Assembly (NCBI GenBank): GCA_951406725.2 | Contig: OX597816.1 | Coordinates: 157,108,001 to 157,172,000, forward strand | Direction of reading: 5' to 3' | DNA: 64,000 bases | DNA from: Octopus vulgaris | Taxonomy: Eukaryota | Part shown: in pieces, positions 42,478-54,414 of the stretch | Position numbering within the stretch: position 1 is the first letter of the stretch | Layout of the letters: the number at the start of each line of letters is the position of its first letter | The notes under the pieces: generated by a model | Told to the model about the DNA's origin: nothing | The model's database searches: none | Seen by the model: the letters and a program-made list of their open reading frames with translations, nothing else | Program-made: the position numbers and the translations under genes

Positions 42478-42724
42478 GCTGCCCTAACCACTGGGCCATT
42501 GCTCTTCCACTTGGCAACTGTGGGTGTTCTTGTTGCTTATAGGAGGGTGGGGTTACAGTGTGAGGCAGGTTGTTTACAAATTTCTGGCCCTCTACGGGAA
42601 TTACGCGCACCATTTATGAAACATGTATGCGTGACGTGTATGTGTATGTGGGCGTTTGATCACGACAAGGTTGCAATGAGTTTACAGGCATGTGTATGCG
42701 TGTGCGTGTAAGTACATGTGAATG

Positions 42725-42755
<31 letters not shown>

Positions 42756-44065
42756 ATGCGTAATATGAGTGAGATATGTTTCATGTGAGCGGAGGTCGTA
42801 AGAAGGTCGTAGAGAGTTTGTGTGTAAGTGTAAGTATGTGTATATATATATATAATCATTCTCTCTTTATTTTCTCTTGTTCCTTTTAGATGAAGAGCAT
42901 AGGCTCGAAACGTAAAAGTCTATAAATGTCAACCATATATATATATATATATATTTGTTAGAGTGCTTGAGTATGAATGTGTATGTGTCAAATGTAAAGT
43001 GATCCTTGTGAATTTTTGCGTGTATGTAATTGTGTGACTATATGCGTGTATGTGCGTGTGTGTGTGTGTATGTGTGTGTGTTTCTGTTTGCCTGTGCGTT
43101 TGTGTGTGTCTGTGTCTGTGTGAGTGTGTGTCTTGGAACCTTGAAAAATCGTAAAAGAATTAAGACTTTACAAATATGTACGTATTATGGGACGTTTAAC
43201 AGTGTGCGTATTGGGTGAGTGTGTGTGGGTGTAGAAACCGAAGGTTAGGGGTAGGCCAATTGGGTTTGGATGGTAAATGAAGAAACCGTGTCTATACGGA
43301 TGATTAACTGCAGTCACACACGACTAAGACTTCAACGAGAAAACTGTGGTTGTTATAAATGACAGGAAACAGAGGGATCAAAATAAGATTGGTCAGAAGA
43401 TTTGAAGTGACAAGCAATATACTTCATCGTCCCCGCTGGAGCTATTTCGTAGGTCGTAAGACAAATATTCCTAAAGCGCTCAGCAAACCAACGAACACTG
43501 TGTGTTTGAAGGAAAGCTAACTTCTGTTTCTGGTAAGATGAATGGCCAAGTAAGCACTCTCTGAGCGGACTGTACTGCAAAGATTTTCATAGGTATGGTG
43601 CTATGAGAGTGTAATTATTGAAAATGCCGTCCACTTTTACTCACTTTTATCCACGCTGATTATTTTCACTCTCCAATTAATCACTTCTTTTATTATTTCT
43701 CTCTATCTCTCTCTCTCTCTCTCTCTCGGTCTCTCTCTCTCTCTCTCTCTCGGTCTCTCTCTCTCTCTCTCTCTTTCTCTCACACACACACACACACACA
43801 CACACACATGCACACATACACAAGCACACGCACGCTCACACTCACACTCACACATCACGCATACGCATATGCATCTTCTGTTGAATTTCTGCGAATATTT
43901 TATTATGGCAATTAGATTTGCCCTGTAGAAACTGCAGCTAATTAGAAAATTTGATACTGATCATTAATTAGTAATTAGTAGCGAGTTTTAATATGATTCC
44001 TCCCCACATATACACATATGTTTTTACATATAAATTTATACATGCACATACGTAATTTTATGCAA

Positions 44066-44139
<74 letters not shown>

Positions 44140-47100
44140 GTGCGTGTGAACATACTGCACATATTATTCAGAAAACCTTCCATTATCCTCTGACTACCGC
44201 CGTCCCGTATCTAACAACATCAAACATGATAATACAATCTTCATAACTGAGTAACTTACAATGCATCTAAATGGGCCTGCAGCATACATAATGTAGGAAT
44301 GGTGCTGTATTATGGAAACAATCAACAACTGTGGAAGAACATTATGATAATAGAATGTTTCGATCTGCACGTTTCGTTGCTTCATAAAATTCACTTAATT
44401 CATACGCATTGGATTGTTACCTTTGCAAAATCTACTACTTCAAAAATTATGTCCCAACTTTATAGTTGGACATAATAAATCAGAAGCAGTATTTTGTAGT
44501 TACCTCAGTACAAATCATTACGATATTGCTAATTTTCAAACGGATGATATTCAATAAAGACAAAATGTGGGCGGAAAATATAGACATAGGGGTTACCATG
44601 TGATCTAGGAAGCAAACGAGTATACGCGTGACAAGAGATGGCAGATGAGCGCACTAAATTAACCTGAGTGTTGATATATGCAGCTAAACAGTTTGCAAGA
44701 CCGGAATACATTGTAGGAAGTATAGAAGATGCAAATGAAGGGGGCAGAACATTTATGAGCGGGAGTATATTATTGTTAGCGATATTTTTTCAATCAGGTT
44801 TCGAATTTCGGAAGACCAATAATTTAGAATTAAAAATTCAGAGAGGCTACCACTTAGAAAATTTCCCGAAGATAAATATTTCACTTCCTTTGAGAGAGAA
44901 GTAGCAAATATCTCCTGAATATCTCTTGAATTCAAGGATTGAGAGTTACTGACGGGACATTTTGAGTACCCTTTTGATTGGAAATTTTAGAGAAACGCGG
45001 ACGTGAGTTGTGAGTTTGTGTGATGTTGAACCCTGACGAGTGAAGAATAAAAGCTTTTAAGCACTGTGGAAGTGGACATGAAAATGTAAAATCGTTTCCC
45101 ATAGGAGTTTTACTTTCAGGGCCATCTCAGATAAGAAATGGTGAGCATGAAGATTCCGCAGAACTGATAGAGATCTAGTTCTTAGTAGTTCTGAAGGACA
45201 AGCTGAAATTTAGGAAGCAAGGACGTTTTTAGAATGTCGTATATATGCCCATTCAATGAAAAATATCTACAAAAAATATTGGGATTGATTCATCAACTAT
45301 ACTCCAACGTACAAGAATTGAACTGATGAATTAATGAAAACAAATCGATATTATTACAAGCAAGTTTATCAGCACAGAATCAGAGATAAAATAAGCTCTC
45401 ATCGATCTGAGAAAACAAAGTGAATTACAACCTTGACTGATGTTCTTTCCAATCTTTTTATTTAAACAGACAAAGATGGGAACGTCTAGCTTTCCATTCG
45501 TTTATGTCGTAAAATTCGGGGTTGTGTTCATCATCAATAAAATCTATTAATGTAGATATGGCAGACACATGAACATTGTATTAATTTCTTACCTCTTTGT
45601 TTCTTCATCAGTTATGGACATTTCATTTAATATAAGAAATGAAAAAAAAGAAAATTGGTTTTCCAGAAAATTGTTAGTGTGAAACAGTCAATAATTGACT
45701 AATAGGTATTAGGAGGACAAGTGTGATTTATTGTAGTAAATCGAAACCGAATTATAGATAATTCTTCGATTCCAATTTTACTTTCCAGCTGTTGAAAATA
45801 CCTAGGTCTAATGTGTTATGATTTTATTTAACGGCTGTTTTCAGCGGCATTACGAATCAAGTGATCAAAATTTCATTGGATTGGGATGTTAAATATTTCC
45901 ATCTGGTTTAGATAATTACGAGAGTCTGGTATTTATTCGAAGGCAATTTCTAATTCTCTTCCAGAAGCCGGATATAAGAATCTTGTGTGTCTCGTGGAGT
46001 ATAGCCAATTAAAATTTTTTCGTCGCGGCGAGCGAAGCATTTATTTACTAAACGATGTACAAGAATAAGACTAGTAAATATGAACATCTAATTGTTTATT
46101 GACAAGATCATAGTTTCTTATTCAAGCGATGTTGGGAATTTTATTACCCTCACAACATGGTTAGTACTTTTATTGGCCCATCAAAGAGGAGGCAGTAAGT
46201 GGCGGCTTCGGTGGAATATATTACCAAATCATAATCAAAGTAATTAAATAGCACATCAACAAATCATTTCGGATTCTGTCAATCCTACAACCAGCTTGAT
46301 GATCAGGAACGTGTAATTCCAATAATAGATATGACATACCAGCTGCAGTATCCATCAACAACTCTCATCTCTCGACATTGAGTAGTGTTTAGGACTTGTT
46401 CCACATATATTTATATGTCTATGTACATCCGTACATTATTCATATACATGTATATCTGCATGTTCCTGAAAGCGCTTGCGCGTGCGTGTGTATGAGTTGT
46501 ATGTGTGTATGTATGTTCTCTTAAGTTTTGAATTACTTGAAGTTTTCTCGTTAGGTAGGAGCTATGTTTGTATATTACTTAAAAACGTTTATTCCAAGAA
46601 AAATAAAGAGACTCTGTACTGATTGGATTACAGAGCCACCATATGACAATTATGCGTTAACGTACGTAGCGTATATAGGTTCTCTCAAAATGCTGAGGTA
46701 TTTCAAACACGTTTCACGGTTCGTTACCTCAACAGCTCGTTTATAGGATCCAGTAGCTAAGCTCATCCGGAGGAACCAAGTCCGGTTTCGACCCCTATTT
46801 CTCTACCGTTTTCGACGTAACGGAGCCCCCACTTTCGGAGGTGTCTTCAGCTCTGGAGTTGAGTGCGTTTTTATTTTTTCTTTGGCTTTTTCTTGTTTGG
46901 TTTCTTCGATGCAGCGTCAGTGAACCTCAGCGGGCGAATGACCAGCCTGGCAAATTGCCAGTAAGCTAACTGTCATGTGACACAATCGAAGCTTCAACTG
47001 ACGAATGGAGGAAAAGGGCACGTAGTTTTGGCCTGCGCTCTCTCTCTAGACCTACCTTCCAACAGAGTCGTGTTAGTTTCAACTCCAGCAGCCAGAGTCG

Positions 47101-47225
47101 ACTAGTTGCCTTATGGTTCAAGCGTTCGAACTATCGGGCGGGGGTGGCGCAATGAACGAGATGGTTACCTCGGTCCCAATCAAGCAGCAACGCTGTTTAA
47201 GTGCCAGCAAGCGTCACTAGCTATG

Positions 47226-47830
47226 CTATTTTCCAGTCGGCATATTATGGCTTTCGAGCCATTTCGGGTCGTCTGCTTTCAGCCATATATAGAAGCTGGC
47301 TTTGCCAACCGCCTGTATCCTCATTACATTTCTCAGCTCTGAGCTCGAAAATGCAAACCTTCTTCTAAATAACGTTACTATTTTCTTTTCAATGAAGCCT
47401 CGAGCCCTCACTGCCAGGCAGTAATACTCGACAGCCCACCCCTTTTCTCCGCACTCTTCGATTAATCTCTCACACCTCTTCTCCTTCCGTTGCTCTGCAT
47501 TAGCGATGTTTTCTTCCCATGGTACTGTCAGCTCTAGCAAAATTCAAATCTTTCCTTCTGTGTTCCATAGGATTAAGACCGGTCCTTTCGTTGTTTTTAT
47601 GAGTGGAAATATTAAGTCTTTCCGAAGCCGCATCCAGCTCGCAGTATCCCCTCCATATTTCTTCTGTCACGTATATTTTTTTGAAAGCCTGGTTTTAATG
47701 ACGCATTCTTTTCTCCTTTTAAATATAATGCAAGAAGTGGGTGACATTTCAAACGACTCAATACAATATCATTTTGCCAGGAGTCTAGCTCCAAACAACA
47801 GTTCTTGCGAAAGATCGAAAACATTATATG
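47226..47830 (-). pseudogene. HERO-like RLE (restriction-like endonuclease) non-LTR retrotransposon, 3' coding fragment
   Basis: W.ND.VL resembles RHDxVL. ELTVPWEENI...RKEKR..RL.EEC.EKGW...V.ARGF and KASFYIWLK match the C-terminal REL domain pattern. Confidence 0.75.
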
Positions 47831-47922
47831 AATTAAAAAGAAAATTTGTGTTTATATCTATATATATATGTGTGTGTGTAGGGGTTTTTGTATGTGTGTG
47901 CATCTTTTTGTAAGTGTGTGTC

Positions 47923-47972
<50 letters not shown>

Positions 47973-48647
47973 GTGTATCGCGCGTGTGTGTGTGTGTGTG
48001 TTCGTTTTCATCCTTTAATAATGAACAAAATATAAACAATTAAAATCAACTCAAAATAAAGAGATTAATGATTTTGTACATCGCTTATATTTTATTGATC
48101 CATAACATTATGCTTTCTTGTTTGGCTTTTATTTTTCTTGCTAAGGTTGTTGATATTGTTGCTGTTGTTGTCGTCGTTGTCATTGTTGTTGTTGTTTTTG
48201 CTTTTGTTTTCACCAGAGGATAACTAGTTTCTTAATTGGCTTCATAGTTTTGAAAGTGAAATAGATACATTTGTGTTCGAAGAGATCATACAAACACAGA
48301 ACATTGAAAAAAAAACATTACCTCCTGAATTCATTGTTCGACGTAATTATGTCTCTGTTTTGCCTTAAGTTATACACACACACATATATATATATATGCA
48401 TTCATGTATGTGTATGTGTGTGTGAGGGTGTGTATACAAATTATACCCGCCATGAAATTAATATCTAACGTCTTAATTAACAATCGTACAATGGGATATT
48501 GTAAATGCATACATATGCACGCATACACATGATTATGCGTTTGTGTAAATGTATACACGCATGCATCTAACTATGTATATAATGTATATGCACACACATC
48601 TCTGACCCGCTTCCTCTTTCTTTGTGTGTGTATATATATATATATAT

Positions 48648-48697
<50 letters not shown>

Positions 48698-48741
48698 AAA
48701 CAAGTAAAAAATAGAAAATGCTAAAATAATTTTATAGTGAA

Positions 48742-48789
48742 CATTTCAGTACCGGTTTCGGTCATTTTGAGACCTTTTCAACTGTAACG
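48742..48789 (-). ncRNA. Second identical copy of the PLE hammerhead motif, in the inverted arm
   Basis: Exact reverse complement of 54232-54279. Confidence 0.8.
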
Positions 48790-49707
48790 ATTAAATAATT
48801 AAATTTAGAAAAATTAGAAGAAAAGTTTTTTTAAAAGAATATTTCTATAGTAGTGTTCAGATTTAAGTGGTATTCTGCCTTTCTCTGACTCCCTTGTTTG
48901 CACTTGTGTGTTCGAGGTAGTTGTGAGTTCTTGGTAGGGTAGTAGAGGGAAGGCTGGTGAGGAAAGGGGGTGGGAGAATCTGGGAGTGCCCTGATGGTCG
49001 TATTTTGAATGGTCAGTGGCGGCTGGCAGTCTCAGTTCAATTCAGGATTGTTTATAGAATTAGCGTAGGTGTTATACTAAAAAACATTAGTGACAAACTT
49101 AAGGGGTAGGGGGTGGAGAAGAAGAAGAAGAAGAAGAAGAAGAAGAAGAAGAAGAAGAAGAAGAAGAAGGAGAAGGAGAAGATGATGGTGATGGTGGTGA
49201 TGATTATGACGACGATGATGATGATAACGATGATGATGAAGAAGAAGAAGAAGAAGAAGAAGAAGAAGAAGAAGAAGAAGAAGAAGAAGAAGAAGAAGAA
49301 GAAGAAGAAGAAGGAGGAGAAGGAGAAGATGGTGGTGATGATGGTGGTGATGATGATGACGCCGATGATGATGATAACGATGATGATGAAGAAGAAGAAG
49401 AAGAAAAAAACAGAGAAGGGAGAATATGAATGGGTGTAAATATAGCTATGAAGGGGCTGATTAGTAATGGATTCTATGGAGTGTAGTATTTGTGTGTGTA
49501 TATATATTTTTTTCTTTTATTCTAAAGTTGAGGTATATTAATTGTTTGTCGTAGACCCGTTAAGAAGTGGCTTGTATTTTGTAATAAAGAGATTTTCTTT
49601 ACTTATTCTTTGTCTCGAGGTTGTATCGTCCCTAAATTGGTAGAGGGGGAAAATTCTGAAGTTTGGTGTTTTTTTGTTGGCGCAAGTATCTATGTGTTGG
49701 CTAAAAG

Positions 49708-50820
49708 CTATTTATCTGTTTTGGGAATTTTTATCTGGGATCTGTGCAGGGCCATTCGTTTACGCAAACCATTTTTTGTTTGGCCTATGTACTGCTCTTG
49801 ACACCCGGAGCAGGTTAGTGAGTATATTAGGTTCTCCGAAGCACATGTGAAGTTGCTTTTCACTGTAAACCGTTGTCCCTGTTTGAAGGAGAACTCAGAA
49901 CCCTCGATTAGATAGTCGCATATCCCGCAATTGGGTCTTCCACATTTTTTTACTGTCGGCTTCTGTGTTGAAGAGTGAATTCGGGCTTGTGTAAGGAGAC
50001 TTTTCATGGATCTAGGCTGTCTTTTGCTTTTTATGATCGTGTGTATTTGGAGGATTGTGTTCATTCTGTGGTCTTTTTTTAGGAGGGGTATGTTGTGGAG
50101 GATGGTGTCGAAGGCTTCGTTATTGAGAGGGTTGTGTGTGGAGATGTATGGTAAGGCTTTTGGTTGTAAGTTTTTCTTTGATTTGGGATGTCTCAGTTCC
50201 TTGATGTTAAGTTGAAGGGCACGTTGAATGCACTTGTCAATAAGTGAAGGTGGATAGTTCCTGGTGATTAGGGTATCTTTTAGTTCTTGTAGTCGTGTGT
50301 CTCTGGTGTTTGCGTTAGAGACTATAGTGCATATCCTTTTTGCTAGATTGAAGGGGATATTCATCCTGGTGTGTCTGGGGTGGCATGAATTGAATGGAAG
50401 ATATTGCTTAGAGTCTGTAGGCTTATAGTATATGTCTGTTTCTATTATATTGTTAGCTTTCTTAATGAGGATATCGAGGAAGGGGAGTTGTTGTTGGCTA
50501 TATTCCATCGTGAATTGGATGTTTACGTCCAGTCCGTTTAAAATTTTCTGGAATTCTATGAGTTTTTCTATATTTTTATGCCAAAGGATGAAACAGTCAT
50601 CTAGATATCTCTTCCAGTTGTTTTCTATGTAGATGGAGAAAGGGCTGCCATATCTTTCTAGAACCTTACGATACAGACTGATCTCTAGGTATCCTATGAC
50701 TAGGTTGGCAAAGGAGGGGGCCATTCGTGTACCCATCGCAGTCCCCGATTTTTGTCGGTAGAAGTTGTCATTGAAGGCGAAGAAGTTATTTTCCAGGATG
50801 AATTTAACCCCTTCTATCAC
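49708..50820 (-). pseudogene. 5'-truncated inverted copy of the PLE ORF (RT C-half plus EN), frameshifted near the C-terminus
   Basis: Translation matches the main ORF from IEGVKF onward except I/T and G/R changes. It ends KIPKTDK* because of CCC versus CCCC. Confidence 0.92.
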
Positions 50821-51331
50821 AAATTCTTTTTTGATGCGGTGTGGTAGTTCGTTGGCGTGATTCTCTAGCCAGAATTGGATTGCCTCTAGTCCTAGGTTGT
50901 GGGGGATATTGGAGTAGAGGTTGACTACATCGAAATCTTCGTCCCATTAACCGGTTAAACAACCATGCACAACAAACCCACACCACTTGCAATGATTACC
51001 AACGAAGGCCTCCTAGAACACCACACCCGAATATGGGATATCGGGATGCTCTCCTCAATACTGCTCCAAGAACACACACCACAAATCACAACAGGAGACC
51101 CCTAATCAACAAAGAACAACTATATACTAGCTACCGTCCCAACCACCGCATTCATTTTTTAGACCCAATACGCAAACACAGAGACACAAGGTAGCACCAA
51201 ACAAGCAGGAGGAACCAAAAGTAATAAAAATTATTAATCTAACTCACAAGGAACTAACAGCAAACCAAATAAACATACTTTCCAAAGGACTCAAGTTTAC
51301 ACCCACCCCACAACACCCCAACTACAATGAA

Positions 51332-53485
51332 ATGAAAGAAGACATCGCAGAATTCTGCAGAAAATTAAGACTTACTGAGGAGCTATACGATAAATACAAC
51401 GAGGACGAATCGTTAGCCAGAAATAGGAGTAACTACACCCCCTCGAAAGGTAAGAATAAAACACTTGATGATTTCTGTGACCACATATCAAATTACCCAT
51501 ATCAACATATGCACAAACAAAAACACAAACCAAACTTCAGCAAAAAAGAATGGGCTGAGTTGAACAAATTAAAACTAGATAAAACAATAACAATCAAAGA
51601 GGCCGATAAAGGGAGTGCTGTTGTCTTAATGGATACGACATTTTACATAACTTTGGTACTTTCTATGCTGGAAGACACAACATACTATGAAAAGGCACAA
51701 AACTACAGTCAACAAAAAATAATGAGGGAACTAAAATCCATATTAAACCCATACAAAGCAGGGCTCACCGACAAAGAATATGATTATATGACCAATTTCA
51801 CAAGTAAAACTAGCCAATTCTACGGTATACCTAAGATCCACAAAAGTGAAAAAATAAGCAACGCATGCAAGATAGCTACAGACAAAATAATTAAAGTCCC
51901 TAATCCTAATGACCTCAAATTGAGACCCATAATAGCAGGTCCCGCATGCGAAACCCACCGACTCAGTAACTTTTTAGACACCCTGTTAAAACCACTCCTC
52001 AAACATGTCAAAAGCTATATAAGGGACGACTTAGATATGCTCAATCACCTACCGAATACTATAAACAAAAACACCATACTGGTATCCTTCGATGTAGTCA
52101 ACCTCTACTCCAATATCCCCCACAACCTAGGACTAGAGGCAATCCAATTCTGGCTAGAGAATCACGCCAACGAACTACCACACCGCATCAAAAAAGAATT
52201 TGTGATAGAAGGGGTTAAATTCATCCTGGAAAATAACTTCTTCGCCTTCAATGACAACTTCTACCGACAAAAATCGGGGACTGCGATGGGTACACGAATG
52301 GCCCCCTCCTTTGCCAACCTAGTCATAGGATACCTAGAGATCAGTCTGTATCGTAAGGTTCTAGAAAGATATGGCAGCCCTTTCTCCATCTACATAGAAA
52401 ACAACTGGAAGAGATATCTAGATGACTGTTTCATCCTTTGGCATAAAAATATAGAAAAACTCATAGAATTCCAGAAAATTTTAAACGGACTGGACGTAAA
52501 CATCCAATTCACGATGGAATATAGCCAACAACAACTCCCCTTCCTCGATATCCTCATTAAGAAAGCTAATAATATAATAGAAACAGACATATACTATAAG
52601 CCTACAGACTCTAAGCAATATCTTCCATTCAATTCATGCCACCCCAGACACACCAGGATGAATATCCCCTTCAATCTAGCAAAAAGGATATGCACTATAG
52701 TCTCTAACGCAAACACCAGAGACACACGACTACAAGAACTAAAAGATACCCTAATCACCAGGAACTATCCACCTTCACTTATTGACAAGTGCATTCAACG
52801 TGCCCTTCAACTTAACATCAAGGAACTGAGACATCCCAAATCAAAGAAAAACTTACAACCAAAAGCCTTACCATACATCTCCACACACAACCCTCTCAAT
52901 AACGAAGCCTTCGACACCATCCTCCACAACATACCCCTCCTAAAAAAAGACCACAGAATGAACACAATCCTCCAAACACACACGATCATAAAAAGCAAAA
53001 GACAGCCTAGATCCATGAAAAGTCTCCTTACACAAGCCCGAATTCACTCTTCAACACAGAAGCCGACAGTAAAAAAATGTGGAAGACCCAATTGCAGGAT
53101 ATGCGACTATCTAATCGAGGGTTCTGAGTTCTCCTTCAAACAGGGACAACGGTTTACAGTGAAAAGCAACTTCACATGTGCTTCGGAGAACCTAATATAC
53201 TCACTAACCTGCTCCGGGTGTCAAGAGCAGTACATAGGCCAAACAAAAAATGGTTTGCGTAAACGAATGGCCCTGCACAGATCCCAGATAAAAATTCCCC
53301 AAAACAGAAAAATAGCTTTTAGCCAACACATAGATACTTGCGCCAACAAAAAAACACCAAACTTCAGAATTTTCCCCCTCTACCAATTTAGGGACGATAC
53401 AACCTCGAGACAAAGAATAAGTAAAGAAAATCTCTTTATTACAAAATACAAGCCACTTCTTAACGGGTCTACGACAAACAATTAA
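51332..53485 (+). CDS. Penelope-like element ORF: reverse transcriptase plus C-terminal GIY-YIG endonuclease (717 aa from first ATG; frame is open from 51131)
   Basis: RT motifs EADKG, FYGIPKIHK, LRPIIAG, LVSFDVVNLYSNIP, QKSGTAMGTRMAPSFANL, RYLDDCF, LPFLDILI. Linker CxxxxCxxC (CGRPNCRIC). GIY-YIG motif LIYSLTCSGCQEQYIGQT..LRKRM..H. The conserved PLE N-terminal motif INLT..L...LSKGLKFTPTP lies in frame just upstream of the annotated ATG. Confidence 0.96.
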   Translation: MKEDIAEFCRKLRLTEELYDKYNEDESLARNRSNYTPSKGKNKTLDDFCDHISNYPYQHMHKQKHKPNFSKKEWAELNKLKLDKTITIKEADKGSAVVLMDTTFYITLVLSMLEDTTYYEKAQNYSQQKIMRELKSILNPYKAGLTDKEYDYMTNFTSKTSQFYGIPKIHKSEKISNACKIATDKIIKVPNPNDLKLRPIIAGPACETHRLSNFLDTLLKPLLKHVKSYIRDDLDMLNHLPNTINKNTILVSFDVVNLYSNIPHNLGLEAIQFWLENHANELPHRIKKEFVIEGVKFILENNFFAFNDNFYRQKSGTAMGTRMAPSFANLVIGYLEISLYRKVLERYGSPFSIYIENNWKRYLDDCFILWHKNIEKLIEFQKILNGLDVNIQFTMEYSQQQLPFLDILIKKANNIIETDIYYKPTDSKQYLPFNSCHPRHTRMNIPFNLAKRICTIVSNANTRDTRLQELKDTLITRNYPPSLIDKCIQRALQLNIKELRHPKSKKNLQPKALPYISTHNPLNNEAFDTILHNIPLLKKDHRMNTILQTHTIIKSKRQPRSMKSLLTQARIHSSTQKPTVKKCGRPNCRICDYLIEGSEFSFKQGQRFTVKSNFTCASENLIYSLTCSGCQEQYIGQTKNGLRKRMALHRSQIKIPQNRKIAFSQHIDTCANKKTPNFRIFPLYQFRDDTTSRQRISKENLFITKYKPLLNGSTTNN

Positions 53486-54231
53486 TATACCTCAACTTTA
53501 GAATAAAAGAAAAAAATATATATACACACACAAATACTACACTCCATAGAATCCATTACTAATCAGCCCCTTCATAGCTATATTTACACCCATTCATATT
53601 CTCCCTTCTCTGTTTTTTTCTTCTTCTTCTTCTTCATCATCATCGTTATCATCATCATCGGCGTCATCATCATCACCACCATCATCACCACCATCTTCTC
53701 CTTCTCCTTCTTCTTCTTCTTCTTCTTCTTCTTCTTCTTCTTCTTCTTCTTCTTCTTCTTCTTCTTCTTCTTCTTCTTCTTCTTCTTCTTCTTCTTCTTC
53801 TTCATCATCATCATCGTTATCATCATCATCGTCGTCATAATCATCACCACCATCACCATCATCTTCTCCTTCTCCTTCTTCTTCTTCTTCTTCTTCTTCT
53901 TCTCCACCCCCTACCCCTTAAGTTTGTCACTAATGTTTTTTAGTATAACACCTACGCTAATTCTATAAACAATCCTGAATTGAACTGAGACTGCCAGCCG
54001 CCACTGACCATTCAAAATACGACCATCAGGGCACTCCCAGATTCTCCCACCCCCTTTCCTCACCAGCCTTCCCTCTACTACCCTACCAAGAACTCACAAC
54101 TACCTCGAACACACAAGTGCAAACAAGGGGAGTCAGAGAAAGGCAGAATGCCACTTAAATCTGAACACTACTATAGAAATATTCTTTTAAAAAAACTTTT
54201 CTTCTAATTTTTCTAAATTTAATTATTTAAT

Positions 54232-54279
54232 CGTTACAGTTGAAAAGGTCTCAAAATGACCGAAACCGGTACTGAAATG
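54232..54279 (+). ncRNA. Minimal type I hammerhead ribozyme motif (U3-A8 variant) in the PLE 3' repeat
   Basis: CGTTACAG / TTGAAAA core / GGTC-tcaaaat-GACC stem II / GAAA / C-CG-G / TA cleavage triplet GUA / CTGAAATG. Stem I has 8 positions with one mismatch. Stem III is the palindrome ACCGGT. Confidence 0.8.
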
Positions 54280-54361
54280 TTCACTATAAAATTATTTTAG
54301 CATTTTCTATTTTTTACTTGTTTTTTCATATATATCAACTCGTGTGTTCCTTTTCACCCTT

Positions 54362-54414
<53 letters not shown>

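Larger units (their letters stand above)
48686..54335 (+). mobile_element. Penelope-like retroelement insertion with 5' inverted duplication, embedded in (TA)n
   Basis: 48686-50934 is the reverse complement of 52088-54335 apart from a few substitutions, homopolymer indels and microsatellite length differences. Unique 5' part is 50935-52087. (TA)n tracts lie on both sides. Confidence 0.93.

Noticed and set aside
44560-45500. Decayed Helitron or other transposase
   Set aside because: Complex sequence with many stops; no motif could be aligned convincingly.
46775-46860. Hammerhead in CTGAAGA...GGGGTC-GAAACCGG (minus)
   Set aside because: Core and stem II registers overlap, and no NUH triplet or stem I could be formed.
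49113-49439. Poly-K/M proteins at 49113-49439 and 53584-53907
   Set aside because: Antisense translations of the triplet-repeat block in the PLE 3' UTR.
51332-54230. Selenocysteine recoding as reported for some Naiad PLEs
   Set aside because: The ORF has no in-frame TGA and ends in TAA; no AUGA/GA SECIS-like core was seen in the 3' UTR just after the stop.
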